A stretch of 64,000 nucleotides of DNA from Ruditapes philippinarum. Taxonomy: Eukaryota. The number at the start of each line of letters is the position of its first letter. The first letter of the stretch is position 1. The stretch spans positions 248,001-312,000 of the forward strand of contig NW_026853980.1 of assembly GCF_026571515.1 (NCBI RefSeq), written 5' to 3'. The translations under genes and the position numbers were made by a program. The notes below the pieces were generated by a model. The model worked only from the letters and a program-made list of their open reading frames with translations. It did no database searches and was not told where the DNA came from. Below are positions 48,701 to 60,700 of this stretch, piece after piece.

Positions 48701-51700
48701 GGTCCGAAAGATTCCTCTATTGACATCATTGTTCCATCTTCAACATCGGTGAAAATTGTAGGCTCCATAAACAATCCTAGACAAAATAACAATAAAAAAA
48801 TATCTTTAAATTCATACTTGCATTGCAATCATTTATCTAATAAACAATAATTTTCCATTGGAAAACCTGGATTTAAGGGTTGAAAATCTAAAATCCAATA
48901 AACATTCACACAGAAATAAACTTACCCGGTCTGTCTACTTGTTTTCCACCATATACAAGGGTAGCACCTTCCTTCACACCAATATCACAGTATTCTACGA
49001 GTTTCTCTAAATGAGCACGGTGATTCTGTGGACCATGGTCGGTACTTCTGTCTAATGGGTCGCCAATCTTCATCTTCTTTACTTCCTTAACCTGATATAA
49101 GTAAATAGTAAGTAAGTAAGTAAGTAAGTAACGACTTTATTTTATGAGGCTAACACATTCAGTTTCCCGATCTTCCATGCGGGCCTCAGTATATACAAAA
49201 CAACATAAAATACAATCACAATCAACATTTAGACAACATAAATATGTACATTATACATCATATCAATACAATAAATAAGTAAACAATTTTTTCTTCTTAC
49301 ATAGAGAAGTGACATTTTCATAACTTCAGCATGGAAAGTATATGTTTTTGAAACAATATGTACAAACAGTTAGTTAGAAAATTGCCACTGGATATATGAG
49401 GATTGAAATTTCCTCAGGGTATCAGAATTTCGAATATGGATTGGTATGCTGTTCCATACCACAGGACCAGAGTAATTAAATGATTTTCTAAAAAATTCTG
49501 TTTTTGGTTTGGGTACAGTTAGTTTTTCATTTTGTATAGATCTTAAGTTAAAGTCATGTTTGTCATTTATTGTTTGGAATTTATTTTTCATATAAATAGG
49601 AAAGGATGGTTCATTTATAGATTTATACACGAGGATTGCCTTTTTGTACATAATTCTTTGATCAAAGGACATCCAATTTAATTCTTTAAATAGAATATTT
49701 GATGGGGTATCAAAACTTTTGTCTAAAATAATTCTTGCAGCTCTTTTTTGAAAGTTGACAATTTGCGAAAGTAATTCACTACTGCAGTTTCCCCAAATAG
49801 TGCAACAGTAGTCAATATGTAGCAAAATATAAGCATTAAAAAAGAGTTTTCTGGAGTGGAGATCAAGGTACTGTTTGATTCTAAGAAGCAAATAGAGCTG
49901 TGAATTGCATTTTTTAATAATATTTTGAATTTGTGTTTTCCATTTAAGATTTTTGTCAACCTGGACTCCTAGCAGTTTTTCAGTGTCTGTAAATTCTATC
50001 TCTTTGTTTTGAAGGTGCAGAGTAGATGAAGCAGTATTTTTTGATTTAGTATTTTTTAAAGAGAAATTTATGGCCTTAGTTTTTTGTGCATTTAATATCA
50101 TTGCATTTTGCCTACACCATGTGCTTGCTAACACTATCAAGATCTGTTTGAAGATTATAATTCATTTCCGTTAAAGTACTTCCAGTAGAAGTAAGGGAAG
50201 TGTCATCTGCAAACATATCAGTAGTTGACTGTTTAACATGAAGATGGATGTCATTTATGTATATCAAAAAAAGTAGGGGCCCAAGGACTGAGCCCTGAGG
50301 CACTCCTGAGACAACTTCAGCTGGTTCAGATAAAACACCAGACACATTGACTTTTTGTGACCTGTCTGATAGATAAGATCTTATCCAATCTATAGTATGT
50401 GAAGAGAAATTATAGAAAGGTAGTTTTTCTAGAAGAATTTGGTGGTTTACTAAATCAAAGGCTTTTGATAAGTCTAAAAAAACAGTTCCAACAAGTTTGC
50501 CATCATTCAGAGCACTGATCCAATTATCAATTATATTTGTAAGAGCTGTCTCACATGAATGATGTGCCCTGAAACCTGATTGAGCAGTGTAAAGTAAATG
50601 GTTTGTTTCTAAATAGAGCTTTAAGTGGTCTGATACATGTTTTTCAATTATTTTAGAGATAAGGGGAAGTACTGAAATTGGTCTGTAATTATTTTTGTCT
50701 CCCTTTGGTCCTTTTTTGTAAATTGGTGTTACCTTTGACTGTTTTAGCTGAGTTGGAAATTTTCCACTTTTTATGCTTAGATTTATAATACTACATAGAG
50801 GTTTACTTATGACATCAGCTGCTGTTTTTAGGAATTTTGCACCAATACCATCTAGGCCTGTTGCTTTTGTGGCGTCTAGACTATTGAGTTTCTGATTTAC
50901 ATAGCTTAAGTCAACAAAGGGTATTTCATATTTATTTGACTGATTTGAAATTTTGGATTTAACCGATTCTTGTAGAGCTGTTTTCAATTCATATGATAAT
51001 CCTTCTGATACATTTTCAGCTTTTTCAAATACACTTGCAAAGAAAGTATTAAAGGTTTCTGCTGTTAATTTTGGATCAGTTATCGGTAAACCATTCTCAT
51101 CATTTATGTAAGAATTTTGTTGAACATTTGTTTTGCCTGATAGGTTTTTCAAGTTTTTCCAAAGTTTTTTAGGATTTTTCTTATTTGAGTTTATTTCATA
51201 ATGAAAGAAATCTTTTTTTGCTGTATGAATAAGTTTTTTCACTTTTAATTTCCAATATTTGAAGTTATCAACATGATTTTTCTTTTTTGCATAGTCCCTG
51301 TTATGTATTGCATTAGCTATATCCTCATTGAACCAATCAGCTTGGTTTTTATGCTTAACTCGTTTTTGTTTGTATGGAGCATGTATATTGAGAGTTTCCA
51401 AAAATAATTTATTAAAAGTGTCTAAAGCGTCATCTGGATCATTAAACATATCAATAAGGGACCATGGTTGTTTTGACAGATCATCTAGAAATTTATCAGC
51501 GTTGAAGTTCTTTAAGTACCTGTATTTGATTGTAAAATGAATTGGACCTTTTATAACATTTTTGATAGTTCGTTTTGTGAAAATTATTGGAAAGTGGTCA
51601 CTAATAGAAAGTATAGGAACAGTAATGTATGATATATTTTGTGATTGATTACTATAGACATGATCAATAATAGTTGATGATGTTGATGTAACTCTTGTAG

Positions 51701-54700
51701 GCTGTGTTATAAGTTGTGACAGATTAAATGTATTAATAATATTATTCCATGCTGAGTTATTTGAACCTGTAGTTCCAAAATTATAGTTAAAATCTCCAAA
51801 AAGAATTATTTCTTTGTTTTCAACAAATATTTTTTCAAGAATTTCTTCAATGTTATCATTCCATGAAGTTAATGACGAAGGTGGCCTATAAATGTAACCT
51901 ATCAAAAATGGTTTTTGCTTTTCAAGTTTCATTTCGAGCCATATTGATTCAGTATCTTCAGATTGTAAATCAGATCTTAGTTCACATGGCAATGAATTTT
52001 TAACAAACAAAACAAGTCCACCACCATTTGATTTTCTGTCACGTCTAAAGAGTTGATAATTGTTTAAAGATATCTCTGAGTCAGCAAAAACATCACTTAG
52101 GAAAGTTTCTTGTAGACCTAGTATGTCAATGTCTGGATATTTGTCAACTAAATTTTTGATTTCATCTATTTTAGGATACAGGTAGTGAATGTTTAAATGA
52201 AAAAAGTTAATTCCTTTTTTGTCGAATGTTACTTCACTCAAAGTTTGAAGAGGCAAATCTGTTCTTTCATCATAATCCAAAGAATTTAGATTTTCAGAAA
52301 TAGGTTTAATATGTTTTGTTATCCTTTCATTTTGATTTGTAATGTTCAGTACAGTTTCATCACGGTTTTCATTTAATAAAACTGGTGTGGTCCCATCCAT
52401 GTTGTCTTTGGCCAGAGATTCCATGGTCCCTGATACATTCGGAATCTTTGATGTGGATGTTGATGTCGCCGAGCATTTCCATGCCAGATGTTGGCATTCC
52501 GAAAATTTACACTTTCTCTAGAGAAATTGTTTTCTTGTTGTCCGGAATTGTTGGTATTAATCCCAAGGATTTTTCTAATGCCTGCATTTATTTGCCTTCC
52601 CAATAAAGCTGAACCTTCTTTATTCAGTTGTACTTCATCATAGTAGAGATTCTGATTTACCTTATCATATTTCATGAATGCGCTTGTATTATCTAGGAAG
52701 AGGAATCCTTTGTTCTTGCAAAGCTTTTCTAGTAGATTATTTGCTTCATCAATATTTTTTCTTGATAATAAATCTCTCCTTTTTGGCAGAATGGATGATA
52801 CAGCTATTTTCACATTTTGGTTTGCTGATTGTATGGAAGTAACTAGATCAGTAAAATCTTCACATATGGACTGAGGAGAGTTTGCATTTGAGATGTTTTT
52901 TATGCCTGTGTGTAGGACGATTATATCAGCTTCTTTTGTCTGTGTTTTATTGTGAGTTATTATTTTATTTATGTCCTGAATGGTTGCTTCACTGGTTGAT
53001 TTTATGCTTACATTTACTTGTGAGTTCATTTTCTTTCGTATTAGTCCCTTGGTTACGGAATCTCCCAGGATTAGTACCTCATATTTCTTTGTTGTTGGAT
53101 TTGTGCGTCTTTCAGGTAAATGCATCTCTTATCATCTTTGTAAAGAGGTCACTCAGAGGTCATCTTTAAGATCATTGTTTACTACAACCTGTACTACTAG
53201 TCAAGGGTGACCTTATATGCCCCTCCCCCATCCTTTAATCCTATTTGATGAAAGATAGGCATATAAGGTCATAGTAGTACATAATAGTTCATATTGTAGC
53301 TTTCCTAATTGACTTTAAGTAAAAACCTATATGCCCCTCTAATGTCAAGATAACAATGTTAAGAAGGTCAAATTATGGCTTTCATAATACACTGAATGAG
53401 GGAGAGGGTGATCTCATACACGATGCAACTCTTAGCGATGATCACACTATTAAGGTTAGTGGATTTCTTAATTAACTGAATAAAGGTAACCCAGGAGTCC
53501 CCTCTGGTTCATAAGTTGTTTTTTTTAGATACACCAACACTGTGACGATAATTATAAAAGCAAATTTTTTCCAGATTAAATGATGGAAAAATGATCACAA
53601 AGAAATTCAATACACCTTTTTGTCATACAACACAGACTTTTTACCTTTATTATAAAAAAAAACATCTACATGAAAAACTCAATAGCTCCTGTAAATAGAA
53701 GGATTCTACGCCCCTGGCTGGATTTTAACCCACATCAATAACTGTATCTTTTGTAATCTAAACTTAAATGAAGTGCACGCAACTAAAATGAAGTGCATGC
53801 CATGGCTTATATTGCAATCAGGCAACGAGGAGCTTATTTGTATTTTCTATTCATGTAATAAAATAATAATCGAGTCCTGTCATGACAAAACCAACGTAAT
53901 GCGTTTGCGACCTGCATGGATCCAGACCAGTCTGGGCATCCGCGCAGTCTGATCAGGATCCATGCTGTTCGCTTACAATACCTACTAAAAGTAGAGAAAC
54001 TGATAGCGAACAGCATGGATCCTGATCAGACTGCGCGGAGGCGCAGGCTGGTCTGGATCCATGCTGGTCGCAAACGCATTACGTTGGATTTGTCGTGATG
54101 CGGCTCATATAGCACTTACCACACGTTCAAGAAACTCATCATGTATAGAATCTTCAACAAACAGCCGACCTGCAGCTATACAGTTCTCTCCCTTGTTGAA
54201 AAATACTGCTCCACAAGCCTGCAATATAGTAGAATGAATTTTACTGTTAATGAAATATCAACTTAATCTCACAATACAGTCAGGGACATCATACTATCAA
54301 AACTTGCCTCTGGTGAGCAAAAAAAATGGGGACCGGTAATGTAACCTTTTCCTATCCAACTTGGCCTTCAAATTTTGTGTATCCAAGCTTAGCCAAAATG
54401 TTATATGGCAAATTTTTTAATGAAGTGTGGAAAAGTTTCAAAAATGGTTTGCAACTGTTGGTATACAAGTGTCACAAGAAAAATGTAACAGGTAACGGGG
54501 GAAAAAAAGTGCAAAATGGTATGCCTGGAATCAAGTGATCATGTACAGTGGGGACAATTGAAAATATAGTCAATGAAGACAACATCAAACAGTTCATAGT
54601 ATCTCAGAAATTTTAAGACTGTCATCTACTTAGTTTGCCGAGAAGTTTAAAAGGCAATTTGTGTAATATGTCTTGTATAAGAAGGTAGCTTTACATTTAA

Positions 54701-57700
54701 AGTACATCCCTTACAGAGGTGATATTTTGAAGAGGTCAGAAGATACATTTACATAAAGTCACATAACGTTATTATGAGGAGTGGGCCACATTGTGTTATC
54801 AGGTAGTCTTATAATTTAATCTAAAATAAATAAATACAAGAGCTGTCCGTAAGACAGCGCGCTCGACTTTTTTATTGCTTGCCAATAAAAAAAGTTTTTG
54901 CAGTAAAAGGCAATACAAGAATCTCTGTATTTTTAAAGTGAACAATGGCCATGAGCATTAAGATATTTAGTGAAGAATTATTTTATTATGACATAATTTA
55001 TGGTAAAGTGAACAAGTGGATAGGAATGAATTTTTTTAGATTTTTTAAGTTTTTTAGTGCTTGCCTATAATACAAAACATTGACAGTTAAGGGCCATAAT
55101 TCAAATAAAATCTTTGACAGAATTACCTTCTCCTGGACATGTTTGGGAATCATGATTGTAAACAAGTATTCCAACTTTCAAATTAATATCTCAAACAGTT
55201 CAGTCAAAAAGTGGACTGGTACTAAAAACTTAACCAAGATTCTAAGTCGATAAAAGGCCTTAATTTTTAAAACAAATCCTTGACAGAGTTACCTTCTCTT
55301 GCGTACAGATGGGGGTAATGATGTGAAATAGCATTAAAAGTTTCAAAGCAATATCTCAAAGGGTTAAGGCAATAAGTGGATTTTACCCATATTCAATGTA
55401 TTTTCTAAGTCAAAAAGGGGCATAATTCTGTCAAAAACCTTGACAGAGTTATGTCCTCTTGTCTGTTGATGAAGGTCGTGATGGTAAACAAGTATGGTCA
55501 GTTTCAAAGCAATACCTCCAATGGTTTTGAAATAAAGTGAGGTGGTACAAAAAACTTAACCAAGCTCAATACACTTTCTAAGTCAAAAAAGGGCCATAAT
55601 TCTGTCAAAAACCTTGACAGAGTTATGTACTCTTGTCTGTAGATGGAGGTTATGATGGTGAACAAGTATGGTAAGTTTCAAAGCCATACTTGTAATACTT
55701 CTGAAATAAAGTGGGGTGGTACGAAAAACTTAACCAAGGTGTGACGCCAACGCCAACGCCGACGCCGACGCCGACGCCGGGGCGAGTAGGATAGCTCCCC
55801 TTTTCATAGAAAAGTCGAGCTAAAAATGATATCTTGCCGGTTTTTTGCATGTACACTCAGCAATGGCGTATCAAATATCAGTTACAATCTTTAAGAATTT
55901 CAATGAGTATTTTGTATTTAAATACTGTTGTCCATGATTATTCGGACAGACCTCGTACAGTGCATTTTGATATTGGAGACCTTGAAACTACTGATGAAAA
56001 ACTTTAACAATGTAAAGTAAGGCACTGAAATATTTCCCTGGCAACTATATTACTTTTAAATCTCATGCTGTCACGTTGAACCAGCTTTAAACCTTCAATG
56101 AACACATTCACAATGGGAAAAAAAAATTATCATCACAATCAGAAAATCTAATTATAGAGCATTATCCTATCCCACTCTGTGATACAATATTAATTAAAGA
56201 TTTTATCTGATAAAATTATGGGAAAATGCAGATAATGAAACATATACCATCACCTTAATGCAGTAATGGGTTAACTCCTATTAAATTATATAAAGAGTTA
56301 ACCTGTTACTGCACTTAAGTGACAATACACCAACTCAATGGGAGAATATTTCATGATGAAACGACATTTCAAAATCTTCCCCTATAATTAAATTTTCTCA
56401 TGCCAAACTTTTTTAGTTTTTTCCCTTGGGAGGAAAAAAAATCATGTTCAGGAATGAAGACTTCTGAGAATAAATAATTACTCAAAATGCTAATGAATGT
56501 TTAAATGAATAATACATCGCAGGTAATCAATCACTGAGATTCCAATTTTGTTCTGAGGGTGCATTTTTTTTGCTTCAATTTGTTCTTTTTCAAACAGTGT
56601 TCCCATTCTAATGATGTTTTATTATAAAGTGGCATGCCTTCAGATGAGCCAAAGTATTTCATTTCAAGAAAATCAAACTAGAGCACAATGTACAAAGATT
56701 TTAAGAAAATTTAAAAAAAGATTCAAGATTCATTTAATAATTCACATTTTATATGCGATTAATGAATGATTTAGCAGTATTTATCACCATATTTTTAGTG
56801 TGTGACTAACAAAGTAAGGGCTGTAGTTGCATGTTTTGACCTCTTTTTTTGGTTATTTACGTGGATTGTGAGTGTTGTTTGCAACTTATAAATTACTTTA
56901 TTGTTCTCTTCAAACTATTTTTTTTTTTAAATTAGCATTAATCTGGAGGCTTAGTGCTTGAGAAATTGGTATCAATTTTTAATCCATTGTTGGAAAAAAA
57001 TGCATGGTTGCAGTTCAAATACGCAGGAATATAATTACGAAGGCCGATAGTCTAAGCCTTTAATTCTTGATAAAAAATTCTTCTGTCATTCTATAAGTCC
57101 ATCTTCTTTGGCCCTCTTACATCATGAAACTTCAAAATACTTTTTCTTGGTTTGGTGTAACAATACACATACTGTATAAATCATATGACTATTTTCTATA
57201 CAACAATATAACTCTCAATAGAAGACAACTGTACCCTCTTCTTTACACACGGAATATTTTACTCCCAGAATTCAACATCATGGAGCTTAGAGCAAGTGAT
57301 TCGACCTGCAATCTTATTCATAGACAATCAATTATACAACAAAATAACCATCAGGAAAGAAAGTTTTTAATCATGACTGACCCCAAAAACCAACAGTGGC
57401 AGCATGGCTGAGTGATTAACATGTCAGACTAGTAACCAAAGGATTGCTGGCTGTTTGGGTTTAAACCCCGTCAGGGGCAAGCCGTTGTTTGAGTGAGCAA
57501 GAAACTTTACACAACATTGCTTAGTACTGGTTAGTTCCAAGAACGGTTCAGATAGTGTTTCAATAAGCTTATAGCTTCCAACATGATAAAACTAAAATAA
57601 GTATAAACTAATAACCAACAACAAAAGCAACAGGACAATTGTTGAAACAAAAATCTAACAGTACATACCATTCTCACTGCCTTATCGAGATCACAATCAT

Positions 57701-60700
57701 GGAAGATTATCAGCGGAGATTTCCCGCCTAACTCGAGTCCTACTTTCTTCACATTTACCTTGGCACAACTATAAATATAAACAAAACATATCTCCAATGT
57801 TCATCTGGTCCTTACAGAAATAATAAGTTGACAGATTTTTCAAACAAAAGAGATAGTGATGCTTTTGGTTAGCATAAGAATTTTTTTTCACTAGACATTT
57901 TTTGCAAAGCAATGTGACAAATAAACTTAAAAACTTGCATGGCTTTGGCAGCAGAAACAGTAGTTTGGGTCATATATGGCCTATGTAAGTGACCTATGTA
58001 AGAAGAAATTAATATTTCATATTTTTTAGTCTTTTGGACCTCAGTGGAGTTCCTTTAAGCTCAAAGTAGTAAACTGATTCAACAAAGATATATTTAGTAG
58101 ATGATACAAATTTGTTGAGGTCAAATTTTGAATTACTGTTGTATCTAAACATTTATTTTTTTGCTTATCATAACACACAGATTTTTTTTTCAGTTTTCAA
58201 CTCTGTAATGGTTTGATTGTTTGATTGATTGGTTTTTATGTTGCACTAACACAGTATAGGTCATATGGCGACCTTCAAGTTTTACTGGAGGAGAATGACC
58301 TTGGGTGCCATTCTGTGCATTATATCAGGCACAAACGGGCACCTTGGTAGAATCACGTTCAGTAAACTAGCTGGATAGCTTCCTCACATGAAAGAATTTT
58401 AAGTCCTTGTCAAGATTCGAATCCATGTATAACTTCAGACACTGCGATGCACCTAAGAACGGGCCTGGCCATTCTTAAGCCACATGACCTTTTCATCATT
58501 GACAAATCATTTTACCTTTCCATGATTGTTTTTCCTATAGGTGTTGAACCAGTGAAGCCAAGTTTGCGTATATCAGGGTGTTCAGACATGGCCTGTCCAA
58601 TAGAAGAGCCGGGTCCAGGTAAAATATTGATAACTCCTGGAGGGAAACCAGCCTTAACTGCAAGCTCAGCAAATTTTAGAGCTGTCAGTGGTGTTACCTA
58701 TAGATAAAACAGAAGCAAAGTATAAGTCAATTAATAACAAGATATGTTTGTAAAACATGTATGCCCCCTATCAGCAGCCAATTAGTCATGTGATAAGGTT
58801 ATTATGCATGACGTCTGACCCAGTGATCAAACAATTAATAAGGGTTATAAAGTATCTACTGGTCATGACCTTGACCTTTGACCCCTTGACCCAAAACTCA
58901 ATAGGGGTCATCTGCTGGTCACGACCAATCATCATACAAAGTTTAAAGTTCCTAGGCCTAGGCGTTTTTAGTAAATTGATCAGAAACCGTTTTTACCTAC
59001 AAGGTCAATGTGACCTTGACCTTTGACCCCTTGACCCCAAAATCAATAGGGGTCATCTGCTGGTCATGACCAATCACCATGCCAAGTTTGAAGTTCTTAG
59101 GCCTAAGGGTTCTCTTATTATTGATCGGAAACCGTTTTAACATACAAGGTCAATGTGACCTTGACCTTTGACCCCAAAATCAATAGGGGTCATCTGCTGG
59201 TCATGACCAATCACCATGCCAAGTTTGAAGTTTCTAGGCCGAAGCGTTCTTTAGTTATTGATCAGAAACCGTTTTTACTTACAAGGTCATTGTGACCTTG
59301 ACCTTTGACCCCTTGATCCCAAAATCAATAGGAGTAATCTGCTGGTCATGACAAATCACCATACTAAGTTTGAAGTTCCTAGGCCTAAGCGTTCTTGAGT
59401 TATTGATCAGAAACCGTTTTTACTTAAAAGGTCAATGTGACCTTGACCTTTGACCCCAAAATCAATAGGGGTCATCTGCTGGTCATGACCAATCACCATG
59501 CCAAGTTTGAAGTTTCTAGGCCGAAGCATTCTTTAGTTATTGATCAGAAACCGTTTTTACTTACAAGGTCATTGTGACCTTGACCTTTGACCCCTTGATC
59601 CCAAAATCAATAGGAGTAATCTGCTGGTCATGACAAATCACCATACCAAGTTTTGAAGTTCCTAGGCCTAAGCGTTCTTGAGTTATTGATCAGAAACCGT
59701 TTTTACTTAAAAGGTCAATGTGACCTTGACCTTTGACCCCTTCACCTAAAACTCAATAGGGTCATCTGCTGGTCATGACCAATCATCACACAAAGTTTGA
59801 AGTTCCTAGGCCTAAGCGTTTTTAGTTAATTGATCGGAAACCGTTTTTACCTACAAGGTCAATGTGACCTTGACCTTTGACCCCTTGACCCCAAAATCAA
59901 TAGGTCATCTGCTGGTCATGACCAATCACCATACCAAGTTTGAAGTTCCTAGGCATAAGGGTTCTTAAGTTATTGATCCGAAAGCATTTTTACCTACAAG
60001 GTCAATGTGACCTTCACCTTTGACCCCTAGACCCCAAAATCAATAGGGGTCATCTACTGGTCATGACCAATCACCATCTCAAGTTTGAAGTCCCTAGGCC
60101 TAAGGGTTCTTTCATTATTGATCGGAAACCGTTTTTACCTACAAGGTCAATGTGACCTTGACCTTTGACCCCTTAACGCCAAAATCAATAGGGGTCATCT
60201 GATTGGTTATAACCAATCACCATACCAAGTTTGAAGTTCCTAGGCCTTAAGGTTCTTTTGTTATTGATCAGAAACCGTTTTTAATTAAAAGGTCAATGTG
60301 ACCTTGACCTTTGACCCCTTGACCCCAAAATCTATACGGGTCATCTACTGATCATGACCAATCACCATACCAAGTTTGAAGTTCCTAGGCCTTAAGGTTC
60401 TTTAGTTATTGATCAGAAACCGTTTTTACCTACAAGGTCAATGTGACCTTGACCTTTGACCCCTTGACCCCAAAATCAATAGGGGTCATCTACTGATCAT
60501 GACCAATCACCATACCAAGTTTGAAGTTCCTAGGCCTTAAGGTTCTTTAGTTATTGATCGGAAACCGTTTTTGCTTTTAAGGTCAATATGACCTTGACCT
60601 TTGACCCCTTGACCCCAAAATCAATAGGGGTCATCTACTGGTCATGACCAATCACCATACCAAGTTTGAAGTTCCTAGGCCTTAAGGTTCTTTAGTTATT

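Larger units (their letters stand above)
49107..53115 (-). mobile_element. 5'-truncated CR1/L2-group LINE in an ALDH1L intron, co-oriented with the gene
   Basis: Esterase ORF1 remnant, APE-RT ORF2, 3' stem-loop tgaggc...gcctca, AATAAA at 49136-49141, (TTAC)n tail, candidate 6-bp TSD gtaaat at 49101-49106 and 53116-53121. Confidence 0.95.

Noticed and set aside
53116-53125. ATG start of LINE ORF1 as given in the ORF track
   Set aside because: The ATG lies at or beyond the candidate TSD, in host intron DNA; ORF1 is 5'-truncated.
36513-58058. A 21.5-kb TTAA transposon capturing ALDH1L exons, defined by matching inverted ends at 36517 and 58054
   Set aside because: The left end has its own nearby partner (~36810-36826), and ALDH1L continues uninterrupted beyond 58058. 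Independent MITE copies are the simpler explanation.
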